The position numbers were made by a program, and so were the translations under genes. 64,000 nt of DNA from Phaeosaccion multiseriatum (Eukaryota > Protista > Ochrophyta, other classes), in contig OZ218954.1 in assembly GCA_965112735.1 (NCBI GenBank), positions 62,001 to 126,000 of the forward strand, written 5' to 3'. Shown one piece after another: positions 13,901 to 26,146 of the stretch; the stretch's first letter is position 1; each line of letters begins with the position of its first letter. Under the pieces are notes generated by a model. The model did no database searches. It saw only the letters and a list, made by a program, of their open reading frames with translations, and was not told the DNA's origin.

Positions 13901-16900
13901 GGGGTGAGGGGTGTCAGGACAGAGGGGTGAGGGGTGTCAGGACAGAGGGGTGAGGGGTGTCAGGACAGAGGGGTGAGGGGTGTCAGGACAGAGGGGTGAG
14001 GGGTGTCAGGACAGAGGGGTGAGGGGTGTCAGGACAGAGGGGTGAGGGGTGTCAGGACAGAGGGGTGAGCGGTGTCAGGACAGAGGGGTGAGGGGTGTCA
14101 GGACAGAGGGGTGAGGGGTGTCAGGACAGAGGGGTGAGGGGTGTCAGGACAGAGGGGTGAGGGGTGTCAGGACAGAGGGGTGAGGGGTGTCAGGACAGAG
14201 GGATGAGGGTGTCAGGACAGGGGGGTGAGGGGTGTCAGGACAGAGGGGTGAGGGGTGTCAGGACAGAGGGTGCCACCGATTCTGCCCACTTTACTCGCCC
14301 CCCCCCCCTCATTTGGCACCGATTTTGCTCTCCTCTCTGAACTCTGAACAGGTGATAACGCAGATTCTGCGTGCCCTTGTGTACATGCACACGGTGATGA
14401 ACATCTGCCACCGAGACCTCAAGATGGAGAACATCATGCTGCAGCACCCCCACACAACCAAGGCAGGGGCAAGGGGGATGGCAGCGGATGGGGCACAGCA
14501 GGGGCAGGGGATGGAAGTGGATGCCCCCCCCTCTCAGTCATCGGTGTCAGGACCCGCCCCCCTGCCCTTGGTGGTGAAGCTCATCGACTTTGGACTCAGT
14601 CAGGTGTTCTCCAAGGGGGACAAGATGAGGTGAGTGAGTGTGCAGGGATGGATGGCAGTGCATGGGGGGAGGAGAGGAGAAGACAAGAGGGAGAAGGATC
14701 ATTTGGTTGTTGTGGTGGGTTGGTTGGTGGGTTGATTGGTGGGTTGGTTGGTGGGTTGGTTGGTGGGTTGGTTGGTGGGTTGGTTGGTGGGTTGGTTGGA
14801 GTGCTTCCCCGTGTCCCCCCTCCACTCCTCTTCGCCGCTCCTTGACCACCCACGACTGCCATCCACTACCATCCACGACTGCCATCCACTACCATCCGCA
14901 TAGGGCGGCATGCGGCACCGTCTACACCATCGCCCCCGAGGTGAGAATTCGATATCGAGATCGAGATTGACCAGGAGGGTCCATTGAACTGAAACTGAAA
15001 GGTGGTGAGAGACCTGGGCTTCACCTCCTCCAGGGCAGACCATTGAGTGCTTGAAGCTATTTCGACCCCACTGACCAGTCTCTGCTTTATATATCGACCT
15101 CTATATTGTATTCAGGTGATTAGCGGGCTGGGCTACACGTCCAAGGCCGACATGTGGTCAGTGGGGGTGGTGGCCTTCATCCTGCTCAGCGACGAGTTTC
15201 CCTTCCTCAAAGACGAGGAGGAGCTCCGAGACAAGGAGCAGGTCAGTCAGTCAGTCAGTCAGTTGTGTTGGTGTGTTGGAAGTCAGGATGTCACCATTGA
15301 CTGCCATCCTTCCTCATCGCATCAAGAACTAAGTATGGCACTCCACGACCCCCCCTTGTTGCCAACAAACACTACAGCTGGACAAGCTCGCCAATGCCAA
15401 GTTTCAGTTTAGCAGCCCGCGGTGGAAGCAGGTGAGTGAGTGGGCACGAGTGCGGTGGCGAGAAGGTAGAAAGAATGGAATGGGGCTCTAATAGACCCTT
15501 ACATGGTCCATAATGGGGCTCTACATAGACCTTTACATGCTCCATGTCGACCGCTCTCCCCTCTGTGTCGACGTCTACATTGATCATCGATCTCTACTTT
15601 CTATGTAGGTGAGCAGGCCGGCCAAGACCCTGGTGCAGAACCTGCTGAAGAAGACCCCAGGCTTCCGGTGGACGGCGGAGGAGGCGCTTGCTCACTGCAC
15701 CAACGAGTGGGCCATTAGATGGCAGCAGAAGGACAACAAGAGGGGCAGTAGTAAGGGGCTCAGCGGGAGTCGAAGCCACGGCAGCTTCAGCAGTTTCAGT
15801 TCAATCGCCGACATCGAAAGAGGAGGGGGGGGGGGGAGTGGCGGTGGCGGCGAGTCAGCCCCGGTGGGCGAGTCCACCCCTGGGGGGGGGCGTGACTCTC
15901 GGGCAGGAAGTGGTGCTATACCGTACTCTCCGGAGGAGGAATACCCGGGGGGGGCGGCAGCACGAGTGCATTGGGACGCGAGCGTGAGGGAGAGCATGAG
16001 AAAGTTCGCGGACTACGGCCAGCTCAAGAAGGTACGAAAGTAGACCTCGATATATATATACTAGACCTCGATATAGACTAGTACATGTGTCGATGTCGCT
16101 CAGGAAGGTGCGAGAGAAGAGCTCGATACAGGGCATGGAGCCCAACATAAAGTATCTTATGTCATGCATAAGTATCTTATGTCGGTATACATAGCGCTCA
16201 GATGCCGACTGACAGCTCTATGTTTGTATTGGGTGCGTGCTGATGTCTGTCTCTCCCTCTCCCTGTGTGCGCGTGCGGCGTGTCTGGCTGCTCGTCACCT
16301 CCTCATTAACTTACGTCAGGCGGCTCTGATGATCACGGCCTTCCATTTGGAGACGGAGGACATCGCGGACCTCAAGGTACACACCCCCTTTTGTACCCTT
16401 ATGTAGGGCCTTGTGTGGGGCCTCATGTAGGGCCTCATGCTGGGCCTTATGTAGGGCCTTATGTAGAGCCTTATGTAGGGCTCTTTCTCCGTCCCTACCT
16501 CCCTCCTTCCCTACTCTCACTCACTCACTCACTCACTCACTTCCTCACTCCCTCCCTCACTCACTCACTCACTCACTCACTCCCTCACTCACTCACTCAT
16601 CCGCTCACTCCCTGCCCCCCTCCCGTCTCTCGCGAACATCCTTGTCACGCCCAAAGGACACATTCCTGGCCATGGACACGCAAGGCAACGGCGTCATCTC
16701 GTACTCAGAACTGCGAGACGGCCTCCTGCAGCATGGAGGTCAGTCAGCACTCGCACTTGCACTTGCAGCCCATCCCCATTCAGTGGCGGAGAGGTGCCTA
16801 ACCCATGAGAGTGAAGCTCCCCTAACGAAGGGTACTCTGGTAACCTATGAGAGTGAAGCTCCCCTAACGAAGGGTAACCCGGTAACCCTAGAAATAGAGA

Positions 16901-18989
16901 GTGAAGCTCCCCTAACCCTACCCTATGAGAGTGAAGCTCCCCTAACGAAGGGTAACCCAGCTCCCCTAACGTAACTTCCTGTACACCAACGTACACTACG
17001 GCGGCCCTGTCAGTTGCGGAGGCGGAGGTGAAGCGCATCTTCGGGGCCATCGATCAGGACGGATCCAGCAGGCTGCATTACCTCGAATTCCTGGCAGGTG
17101 TGTTACTCAGCCACTTCTTAGTGCAAGTTAGGGGTTGGTTAGAGGCGTATGGGGAGGCAGGCATGTCGAGGGTTAGGGTCGGGGGGGGGGGGGTTGAGGC
17201 ACATCAAGGCACTCAGGGAGGGAGGGAGGTATGCCTTAGACTCATTTCTCGTCTCCGAAAGAAGGCACCAGACGTCCTTTCCTCCCTCGCCTCGTCTCTC
17301 TCTCTCTCTCACTCACTCTCTCTCTCTCTTGTGCTTCTCTTCGTGTATTTTTCCTTCTAGCCCTCTGTCTCCCACTCTCTTATCTTTCTCCCCCCCCCAC
17401 CCCCATCCCCTCCTGCCCATATGCCTCTCACCCGCCTTCCGCTGCCATCCCCTGCTACCCGTCCCCCCACTCCTCCCCCCTCTCTCCAGCGACTGTCGAG
17501 GCCCGAGGCTTCATCGAAGAGGAGCGTCTGCAGGTGAGTAGGCTCGAATCAGTGTTTGTAAGCTGTAGAATCAGTCCTTGTAGGCTCTTAATTAGTGCCA
17601 GTCGAGATTTGGAATGAAGCCCCCCCCCCAATCTCTTCCGGTGAACTTCACTCTCACTTCAAACAAACAGACACATACATAAGTCTTGTAACGCTTGTAA
17701 CGCTTGTAACGCTTGTCCATCTACGCCTTGAATTGCACTCCCCTTCCCCTTCCCTCCTTCGATGTACAATGCACGCTTTAACGCTTTATCGCTTTATCGC
17801 TTTATCGATTATTTGCCCCTTTAGGAGGCGTTCGACCGTCTGGACGTGGACAGCAGCGGATTCATCACAGAGAGTAACCTCAGACAGGTCAGGGAGTAAG
17901 TCAGGCGCCAGTTGGAGGCATATGGGGGGCAGAAGGTCTCACAGGGGATGGTTGTAGATGGCAGTGGGGGGGGGGGAGGGGATGGCGGTGGAGGATGGGG
18001 GACAAGAGGAGCGCTCCTGGAACCTGAAACTGACACTGACACTGAAACTCCAACTTCAACTTGAATTTCCGACAGGTGATGGGCACGTCCTGCCGGGCAG
18101 AGCTCGTGGAGCAAATGATACAGGTTAGTAAGCTTGTAACGGCTGTAAGAGGATGAGGTAGAGGGAGGAAGACACAGAGAGGGACATGTGCTTTCGTCTC
18201 TCACCACATGTCATCTATATATCCTTGTGCAATGTGTGACCACAGGAGGTGCAGAAGGAGGAGGGAGGAGGGGATGGCAGTGGACGGAGCGTTTCCTATG
18301 CCCAATTTATGGCCCTAATGCGGCCAGCGGCAGAGGTGGAGCTTGAGCAGCACAACGTGGCAAGAAGGCAGCTGATGGATGAACTGGATCACAGCCGTCG
18401 AGGGCACTACCTGGAGGGGGTGGACGAGGAGGAGGAGGAGGAGGAGGAGGAGGGGGAGGGGGAGGAAGGGATGGCAATGGAGGGCAAGGGCGAAGGGCTA
18501 GCAGTGGATGGGAAGGGGTGGAAGAGCGAAAAGATGTTAGTGGATAGGATGACCCCGGGGGGGAATAGAAGGAGGTTTTCCGCGGAGTCATACTTCGTAC
18601 CCGAGGAGATGACGCTGCAAGCCATCAGTGCAAAGGAGGGGGAGGGGGTTGCTAGGATGGCAGTGGATGGGGAGAAGGAGGAGCAGGAGGAGGGGGGGGG
18701 GGGAGGAGGAGGGGCTGCAGTGCATACAAGGGCAGCATCAGCAGCAGCAGCAGCAGCAGGAGCAGGAGGAGGAGGAGGAGGAGGAGGAGGAGGAGGAGGA
18801 GGAGGAGGAGGAGAAGGAGGAGGAGAAGGAGGAGGAGAAGGAGGAGGAGGAGGAGGAGGAGGAGGAGGAGGAGGAGGAGGAGGAGGAGGAGGAGGAGGAG
18901 GAGGAGGGCGGGGAGGGGAAGGAGTTGTGGGAGAGTCGCTGCCCACCCCGCCTGCGCCCACTGGGGACGGGGAAAGGAGCACGGAGTAA
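10917..18989 (+). CDS. Calcium-dependent protein kinase (kinase + EF-hands, N-terminal MGCSCS acylation motif; multi-exon)
   Basis: [52 protein letters not shown]; EF-hand loops [36 protein letters not shown]; Gly-rich tail from (GGA)n. Confidence 0.9.
12261..12625. repeat. Imperfect (GAGT)n tetranucleotide repeat in a CDPK intron
   Basis: Visible; similar tracts at 16517-16600, 28180-28390, 44480-44570 and (TGAC)n at 44600-44913. Confidence 0.9.
12826..14272. repeat. 23-bp minisatellite (CAGGACAGAGGGGTGAGGGGTGT, ~55 copies in the pure part from ~13010) filling a CDPK intron
   Basis: Directly visible tandem array between the donor at ~12817 and the acceptor at ~14351. Confidence 0.95.
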
Positions 18990-19262
18990 TCGGACGACAA
19001 TCAGTACTACATAGAGATGAAAAGTCGACCTCGACAATGGGGGAAATGTAGATCGATATTATTTCGAAATGGGGGTGAAGGGAAGGCTCTCATTTGATTG
19101 AGAATGTCCAGGGGAGAGCGATGCACGAAGTTTTAGAGATAGAGGCGAATATTTGTATTGGAGCTTACATGTTGGTACGTACGTAGTTATATTGGAGCTT
19201 ACATGTTAGTACGTACGTAGGACATCAATTGCCAAACGCGAGTCCTGCAGAGAGGACAGGGC

Positions 19263-19440
19263 CATGGATGACAGTGGATGGCAGTAGATGACAGTGGACG
19301 GCAGTGGATTGCAGTGGATTGCAGTGGATGACAGTAGATGACAGTGGATGACAGTAGATGATAGTGGATTGCAGTGGATGGCAGTGGATGGCAGTGGACG
19401 GCAGTGGATTGCAGTGAATGACAGTATATGACAGTGGAGG
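19263..19440. repeat. 10-bp tandem repeat (G(A/G)CAGT(G/A)GAT, ~17 copies), intergenic
   Basis: Visible; built from the dispersed ATGGCAGTGG motif. Confidence 0.85.
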
Positions 19441-20301
19441 GGGGGGCGTAGTGATGGCCGCAGGTGCGGGGTACACAAGCCGTCAGCAAAGGGGAGAGTT
19501 CTTACTTTCTGCTTCATCTGCCAGCATCGCCCGAGGGACCCTCGCTGCTAAGGGGGTTGGTCATCGTTTCGACTCACAGATGAGCCGTTGAGTCTTCGGC
19601 TCTTCTGCAAGTAGGCATAGTGAGCAGGTGGTTGTCGTGCTGTCGTGGCTGTCGTGGCTGTCAGGGGGAAGCGCCCTCCTCCCTACCCCCCCCCCAGAGC
19701 CCATGCATGGTGTCACAGCCACGCCACGAGTACGGCATTGAGGGGGGTTGGTAAGGCAGTGAGGGGGGTAGTAAGGCAGTGAGGGGGGGGGAGTAGTACA
19801 GTTTTTCACACCTCAGTCGACGTAACAGTGTGTGACGTGTATGTGTCGTATGTGTGTCGTGGTGTGGCAAAGGGAAAAGGGAATGGTTAGCTGCCTTGTC
19901 AGTGCAAAGTGTTTGCTGCCTTGGCCTTAGTCAGTTAGTCAGTGCAAAGGGTGGGCTGCCTTGGCCTTGGCACTGCCCCTAAGGGGCCAGTCAGTGCGAG
20001 TCAGTGCGAGTCAGTGCAAGTCAGTGCAAGTCAGTGCAAGTCAGTGCAAGCCCCACTGACTGCGGATGCGGTGCGGTAGGCGCGATCGACTTCCTTTAGG
20101 AGGACAAGTAGAAGTAGTTGGTGGATGACGGCAATGAAGTGTATCTAATTAAGAGGTGGGGCTAAAATGCCCCGCAATACATGTACCCTTTATGTAGAGC
20201 CCCATAAGCCATACGTACCCCTTATGTAGAGCCCCATAAGCCTTACGTATGGTGACCAAACGCCCCTTACTGGAGCTACACAGAGCCACACGGAGCTCCA
20301 C

Positions 20302-20787
20302 AGAGCTACATGCCCACTCCTTGGGGGTGTACGGCGTGTATCTGCCCCAAAACCCTTACGTACGGCCTAGCACCCCTTACATAGAGCTACATGCCCACTC
20401 CTTGGGGGTGTACGGCGTGTATCTGCCCCAAAACCCTTACGTACGGCCTAGCACCCCTTACATAGAGCTACATGCCCACTCCTTGGGGGTGTACGGCGTG
20501 TATCTGCCCCAAAACCCTTACGTACGGCCTAGCACCCCTTACATAGAGCTACATGCCCACTCCTTGGGGGTGTACGGCGTGTATCTGCCCCAAAACCCTT
20601 ACGTACGGCCTAGCACCCCTTACATAGAGCTACATGCCCACTCCTTGGGGGTGTACGGCGTGTATCTGCCCCAAAACCCTTACGTACGGCCTAGCACCCC
20701 TTACATAGAGCTACATGCCCACTCCTTGGGGGTGTACGGCGTGTATCTGCCCCAAAACCCTTACGTACGGCCTAGCACCCTTTACAT
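20302..20787. repeat. 81-bp tandem repeat x6 derived from the SufE-BolA 3' end
   Basis: Unit starts at 20302, 20383, 20464, 20545, 20626, 20707; unit contains exon fragments found at 20788-20850. Confidence 0.9.
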
Positions 20788-20791
20788 AGAG

Positions 20792-20956
20792 CTACATGCC
20801 CACCTCCTTGGGGGTCTTGGTGCTGAGCTGTACGGCGTGTATCTGCCCCATTTCCTCCGCCATTGCCTTATGCACAAGTTGGTGCCGCTTCACAAGGGGC
20901 AGCCCCGTGAACGCCTCAGACACCACTGAGGGGCATAGAGAGGGAGAGAGAGATGG

Positions 20957-20989
<33 letters not shown>

Positions 20990-22145
20990 TAGGGAGAGAG
21001 ACAGACAGAGAGAGAGAGAGAGAAAGAGCGAGAGACAAGAGAGACGGAGTGAGAGACAGGAAGAGAAGAGAAGGTGCGGGCAGAAAGGCGACGCGAGGCA
21101 CAAGAAAAGGGTCAGCATGTGTGTCACTTTGCGTGCGGGCCCTTGAATGTGTATTGCATGATAGCGACACCCCCCCCTGTTGTAGAGCTTCATACCCTCC
21201 TTAGTGAAGAGCTCCATAGCCCTAACGCAGAGCAGAGCTCCATACCCCACGGTACCCCTAACGTAGAGCAACTTAACACCCCTCAAAAACCTGATACGTA
21301 CTGATACGTAGGACTGCACACCTCCATGCGGAGCAGAGCTCTCACCCCTCACTGCATCCACTGCCATCTCTCCCTCACCCCATCCACTGCCATCCACTGC
21401 CATCCGCCCTTACCCGCGATGTAGAGCTTCTGCTCGTCCTCGCTCTCGTCCTCCACCTGCAGCTTCACCGGCTCCAGTGCGAGTGTCAGTTTGTTGAGCA
21501 CGCTCGTGCAGATGGGCTTGCCGGGCACGTCGTGCATCTGTTGCGCTGCCCCCCCCCCCTGATTATCCTCCTCCTCCTCTTTCTCCTCCTTCTTCTCCTC
21601 CTCGCTGGCGACCGCTGTATCAGCAACGGCTGTTGCCCCCCCCGCCTTGGCCGCCTCCTCCACCTCCGCGGCCTTTCGCTTCATAGTCGCCAGCATGTTG
21701 AGAAAGCCGTTGTTTCGTCTGTGGAGTTGACCGTGTTGGAGGCGTAAGGGTAGAGGGAGAGACTTCGCATCAGTTTCAGCTCCCACTGCCATCCACACAC
21801 CCACTGCCCACCCCATTCCCTTGTGAGATGACCTTAGCATCCCCAATACGTAAACCCTACGTAATAATAACGTACGTACCCCGGGGTGAGGCTGGTCTGC
21901 AGGCCCGCCACTTTGATGAACTCTGGCTGCACCTTCTGGATGGCAGCGGACGGGTTCCCGGACAGGCCCCGGACCAGGATGGACACGAGCCCCTTCGTCA
22001 TCTTTGCGCGGATGGGATGGCAGTGGATGGGGAGATGGCAGTGGATGGGTGGGCACGAGTCCGTCAGTCGTATGCAGACGGGCCTGTCCGTCTCTTTTAC
22101 TCTTTACGGCACACACGCGCATACCCGTACACACAAGCGACCTCA

Positions 22146-22183
<38 letters not shown>

Positions 22184-23532
22184 TGGCAGTGGGTCAGCAC
22201 ACGTCACGTGAAGCTCAATGGGTGTCCACAGGGCCCAAGCTGTAGGCCTACCCATTCGGTGGATGGAGTCAGCAGAGGGCCACGCTTGCCTGCCCTTCAG
22301 CAGAGGACCCTTACGGAGGACCCTTACGTAAGGCTGCCTGTGTATACACGTACGTACCTGGGCGTCGCTGTCCCCTTCAAAGTACACCTTCCCGTCCTTG
22401 AGCGTGGCGTGCACGTACACCGTGGACAGGCACCTTACGTACGTAAGGGACAGCACACGTCAGGTTAGAGGCACACGGGATTAGCAAGCGACTTGTCAGT
22501 GCAAGTTCGGGGGTCTTTGGACGGTGAGGGAATAATACATGGCCCGAGAGGTACAAACTTGGGAGTGACGTATAGTATGGTGTGGCATGGTATGGTAAGT
22601 ACGGTATAGGGTAGGATAGTACAAGGCATAGTATGGTATCGTATGGTGGCCTAGATGGTATCTTCACCTCCCCAAGGAACTGAAGCTTCCACTCACCCGA
22701 GCACTTTGTTCTCCGTGGTCTGAAGAGAAGGGTCCATGCTGTCTTCCGTCTGTGCCACGAACAGGAGCTGGGAGGGGGGGGGGATGGCAGTGGATGGAGG
22801 AAGAGGGAGAGAGAGAAGGACAAGAGATGGAGGAAACACAAGAGGGAGAGGGGGAGGGAGGCGGGGGGAGAGGGGGAGAACAAGACAAAAAGACAAGAGG
22901 AAATAGAAGAGAGGAGAGTGAGAGAGAGTAGGAGGGACGCCAGGAGATAGAAGGGAGGGAAACAGAGGGTAGCAGAGAATTGGAGTAGAAAATACATCCA
23001 ATTGGCAGAGGGATATGTGAGAAGACATGCGATTGGCGAGCACTGAAGCAAAATGAGAGCTTCAGTGCACCGCCCCCCCCAATCAATACCACGTGTACTC
23101 CAACACTCCACTACTGTACTCCAGCTCACTGCAACCCCTCACCTGTTTGTAGCGCATCTTGTCGCTGGGCATGGCGGCGAAGGCGGACACGAGCCTCTCG
23201 AGCTCTGGAGTGAGGTGAAGGAAGTCGATGGTGTCGCTGTCCGAGTGCTGCGTAGAGCCAGAGCCAGAGGAAGATGTGGCCTCCTCGTTGGCGCTTCTTA
23301 CGAGTACGGGGGGGCCTCGCCTCCCCCTCCTCCGTACGTGGAAAGGTCCTTGACTTGCGCTACTTGGCGGGGCGGTGCCCGACCTTGCCACTGTCCCCAT
23401 GCTCCTGCTGCTCCTACTGCTGTCGAGTCCTACTATGCCTCCTCCGCCGACGAGGAAGGCCGCGCTGTGGTGAAGCAGCGAGCAGAGCACAAGCGCTGCT
23501 GCCGCCGCTGCTGATGCTGACGAGCGCGTCAT
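20792..23532 (-). CDS. SUFE1: Plastid-targeted SufE-BolA fusion protein (SUFE1-like; multi-exon)
   Basis: Signal peptide ending SAA-F plus Ser/Arg-rich transit peptide; SufE motifs RYKQ|LL, ENKVLG|CLSTV, GDSDAQ|MTKGL..LVRGLSG, GLQTSLTPG|RNNGFLNML; BolA motifs KLTLALEPVKLQVEDES, VVSEAFTGLPLVKRHQLV..IHAVQLSTKTP. Confidence 0.92.
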
Positions 23533-24138
23533 GATTGCCTCGGCACGTGTGTGAGCGACGCCTTCTCTTCTTCTAGCTTGCTGTCTCCACTCTTCCCTTC
23601 CTACAGCTAATGCACAGCAAAAGAGCAATCCCGAGGAGCAGGATAGCGGAGCTGAAGGCTAAAGGATGGGTTGATATGAATCACTCACGCTCTGTGATTG
23701 ACGAGTCGTGGTGTGCTTCTGCCGCCGCTCTGCCCGCCTTTCCTTTCCCTGCCGCTGATACACAGCAACAAGCAACGAGAGACTGGAGAGAGAGAGCAAG
23801 ACAGACAGACGGACAGGCAGAGAGAGAGAGAGAGGAGAGAAACAGGGAGACACACACAGAGCGGCCAAAAAAGGGGCAGGAAAGCCTGGTGTCAGGACTT
23901 CGGACCACGCCGAAAGCGATCGGCCAATTATCAATCCCGACAATTGATTACAGCAAGACACATCAGGAAATAAGAAAAGCATACCCCATCTTTTGCGCAT
24001 TAGCCTCCTTCACAGCTCTACTTGCGGCACCGGCACACGCAGCTTAGTGCAGAGACGTGCGAGCAGCAGCAGGGCCCCCTTTCGAGCATTATAACTGCTT
24101 CTTGAAATATTTGACTCGAGCCCAGAAAACGCAGCATC

Positions 24139-25143
24139 ATGATGCTACGGGTGCTGAGCGCGCTGCTGCTGGCCGCGAGCGTGGCAGCAATGCCTTCCCT
24201 TGGAGGCATGCACCACAACGACGTGCTCGGCTATATGGAGTACATTCGAGGAGGAGGCGCCGAAGCCCGAATGGAGAGCACGCTAGTCCTTGAGCCCACC
24301 GGTAAGAAGAAGGAGAGCGTGCTTTGAGAGCAAAAGAGAGGCGGCAGAGGAAGGGGCATGGATGGGGTGGAGGGGAGATGTAGGAGGGGAGAAACTGGAG
24401 TGGGGGGGGGGCGGCGCTGGTCCTCCTACTGTGCCAGAGCACGCTTAAAAGACAGTCCTTGCAGGAAGGGCAGGCCCGGCGGTTTGTTTCACTTTTTTTT
24501 CCCCCCACCGTAGATAGAAGCCGATGATTGCAGGTCTTCCCCTGCTGCTGGGAAGGCGTGTACGCCCTCTCTGCCTGCCCAAGAGTCGATAGGGTGCAGC
24601 AGCGTCAGCAGCCAAAAACGAAGGCAACATTCATGTTATATTCCCACACTCGCGAAGGGGAATTAAGGAAGGAATGCAACGCCTCGCCCCTCTGTAGGCC
24701 TCGCCCCCTCCATTGCCTAGAGAGGGGCGAAGCGGTGCTATAGTAGTATGTGTGAATTGTGGTTGAGGAAAGTGGCGTCTCGCGACGCGTTCATGTCGGT
24801 GAAGAGGAGGGGGGTGCAGTTGGGAATCGGAAAGGGTTGAAGAGCGACGTGTGCTTGCGATGAGGCACCTCTCTTCCTCCTCCCCTCCCCCCATGTATTC
24901 AATCGTGCCTCGAACTAACGAACCCCCTCCCCCATCCCCCCTCCCCAACTGCCCCATGGCCCCACGGAACAAATGCAAAACTCCAAAGTGTCCAAGCTTG
25001 CCTACGTGGAAGACCGGGCATCCTCCCGCCTGCACAGCCGACACGCCCGGCACTTGGACTGGCACTCTCTGTGGTCGTGGAGGAGCATCGTCGACCTCAT
25101 GGAGGGCTTTTACGGAAGCGAAGTCGCATCCATCGGTGGGTGA
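24139..25143 (+). CDS. Hypothetical small secreted protein (probably 3 exons; model uncertain)
   Basis: Clear signal peptide MMLRVLSALLLAASVAA, IRGG motif, GTAAG donor at 24302; candidate last exon RHARHLDWHSLWSWRSIVDLMEGFYGSEVASIGG* needs a GC-AG intron to join in frame. Confidence 0.4.
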
Positions 25144-26146
25144 TGGATCACAGAGGATATGGGTGATGGATGGCAGTGGATGGCAGTGGATTTGTCCAGG
25201 GAAGCAGCAGCAGCGCGAGCTGGCACGTGGTGGTGTAAAGTGGTATGGTGTGGTCTATGTCATGGGTGTGTGTGCTTGGGTCTCACGCGGGGAGCCCAAG
25301 TCGGCCAATCGAGACAGACGGTGAGGGAGGGAGGGACTGGCGCCGCACTTACGAGTGAGTGAGGCGCAGCTCCTTCCACTCCATCGCTTTGTTGACTTCA
25401 GAGGCGCCAACGAAGGGAGGGATTTGTCCCAAAGTCAAAGGCGTAATGTGTATGTTGATATCGAGCAGTGGTGAATGAATGAGCTGAGCTTAGGCTGTGG
25501 CAGTAGTCAAGAGGATGAGGGGGGGGGGGAGGGCCCCCTCTTCCGGTCATGTGATACGCTTGTGTATATACAAAGGAAATGAGAATCAAAAGTAGGTACT
25601 GTATCGCATAGTGAAAAAAAAGCACAGGAAACAGGAAAGAGGAAAGAGGAAAGGGGCGGCGGGAGGGCTCGTCTCCTCTTTTCTCTTTGTAACGTCTTCT
25701 TCGTCTGTTGTTATCATCCTCCAGGCCGTCGACTTAATTGTACTGTAAATAAGAGCTGAGCTAACAAACCAACAGAATGTGCATTTTCACTGGCGCCTTT
25801 GAGTACGAGAAATGTGCACAACCAACACGCCAACATGCTCTCGGACAGGCAGGTGTCCTGTGCAGTGCTTGAAGACCACTCCTCTCCCCCAATGACAGTT
25901 TTCGGTGTTTTAGGACCCTTCCCCTCCTGTGCCAGCGGTGATTTGTCACGGTACTGTGCCACCGTCTACTGCTGCTGAATCTCAACAAGGGCTGACCGAC
26001 TACGAACATGCTGGATGGCACCCTACGTTCATGCCTGCCACGGCTCCTCTTGCTGCTGAACGATGTGACCCTGCGCCCCCTGCCCTCTCTCCTAACGCTC
26101 AAGGGGCGTTACAGAAGACGTTACAGAAGAGAGGGCGCTCACTGCT

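Noticed and set aside
12826-14272. CRISPR-like array
   Set aside because: Contiguous minisatellite without unique spacers, in a eukaryotic intron
20249-20929. 226-aa repeat protein ORF on the + strand
   Set aside because: By-product of an 81-bp (multiple of 3) tandem repeat antisense to the SufE-BolA 3' end
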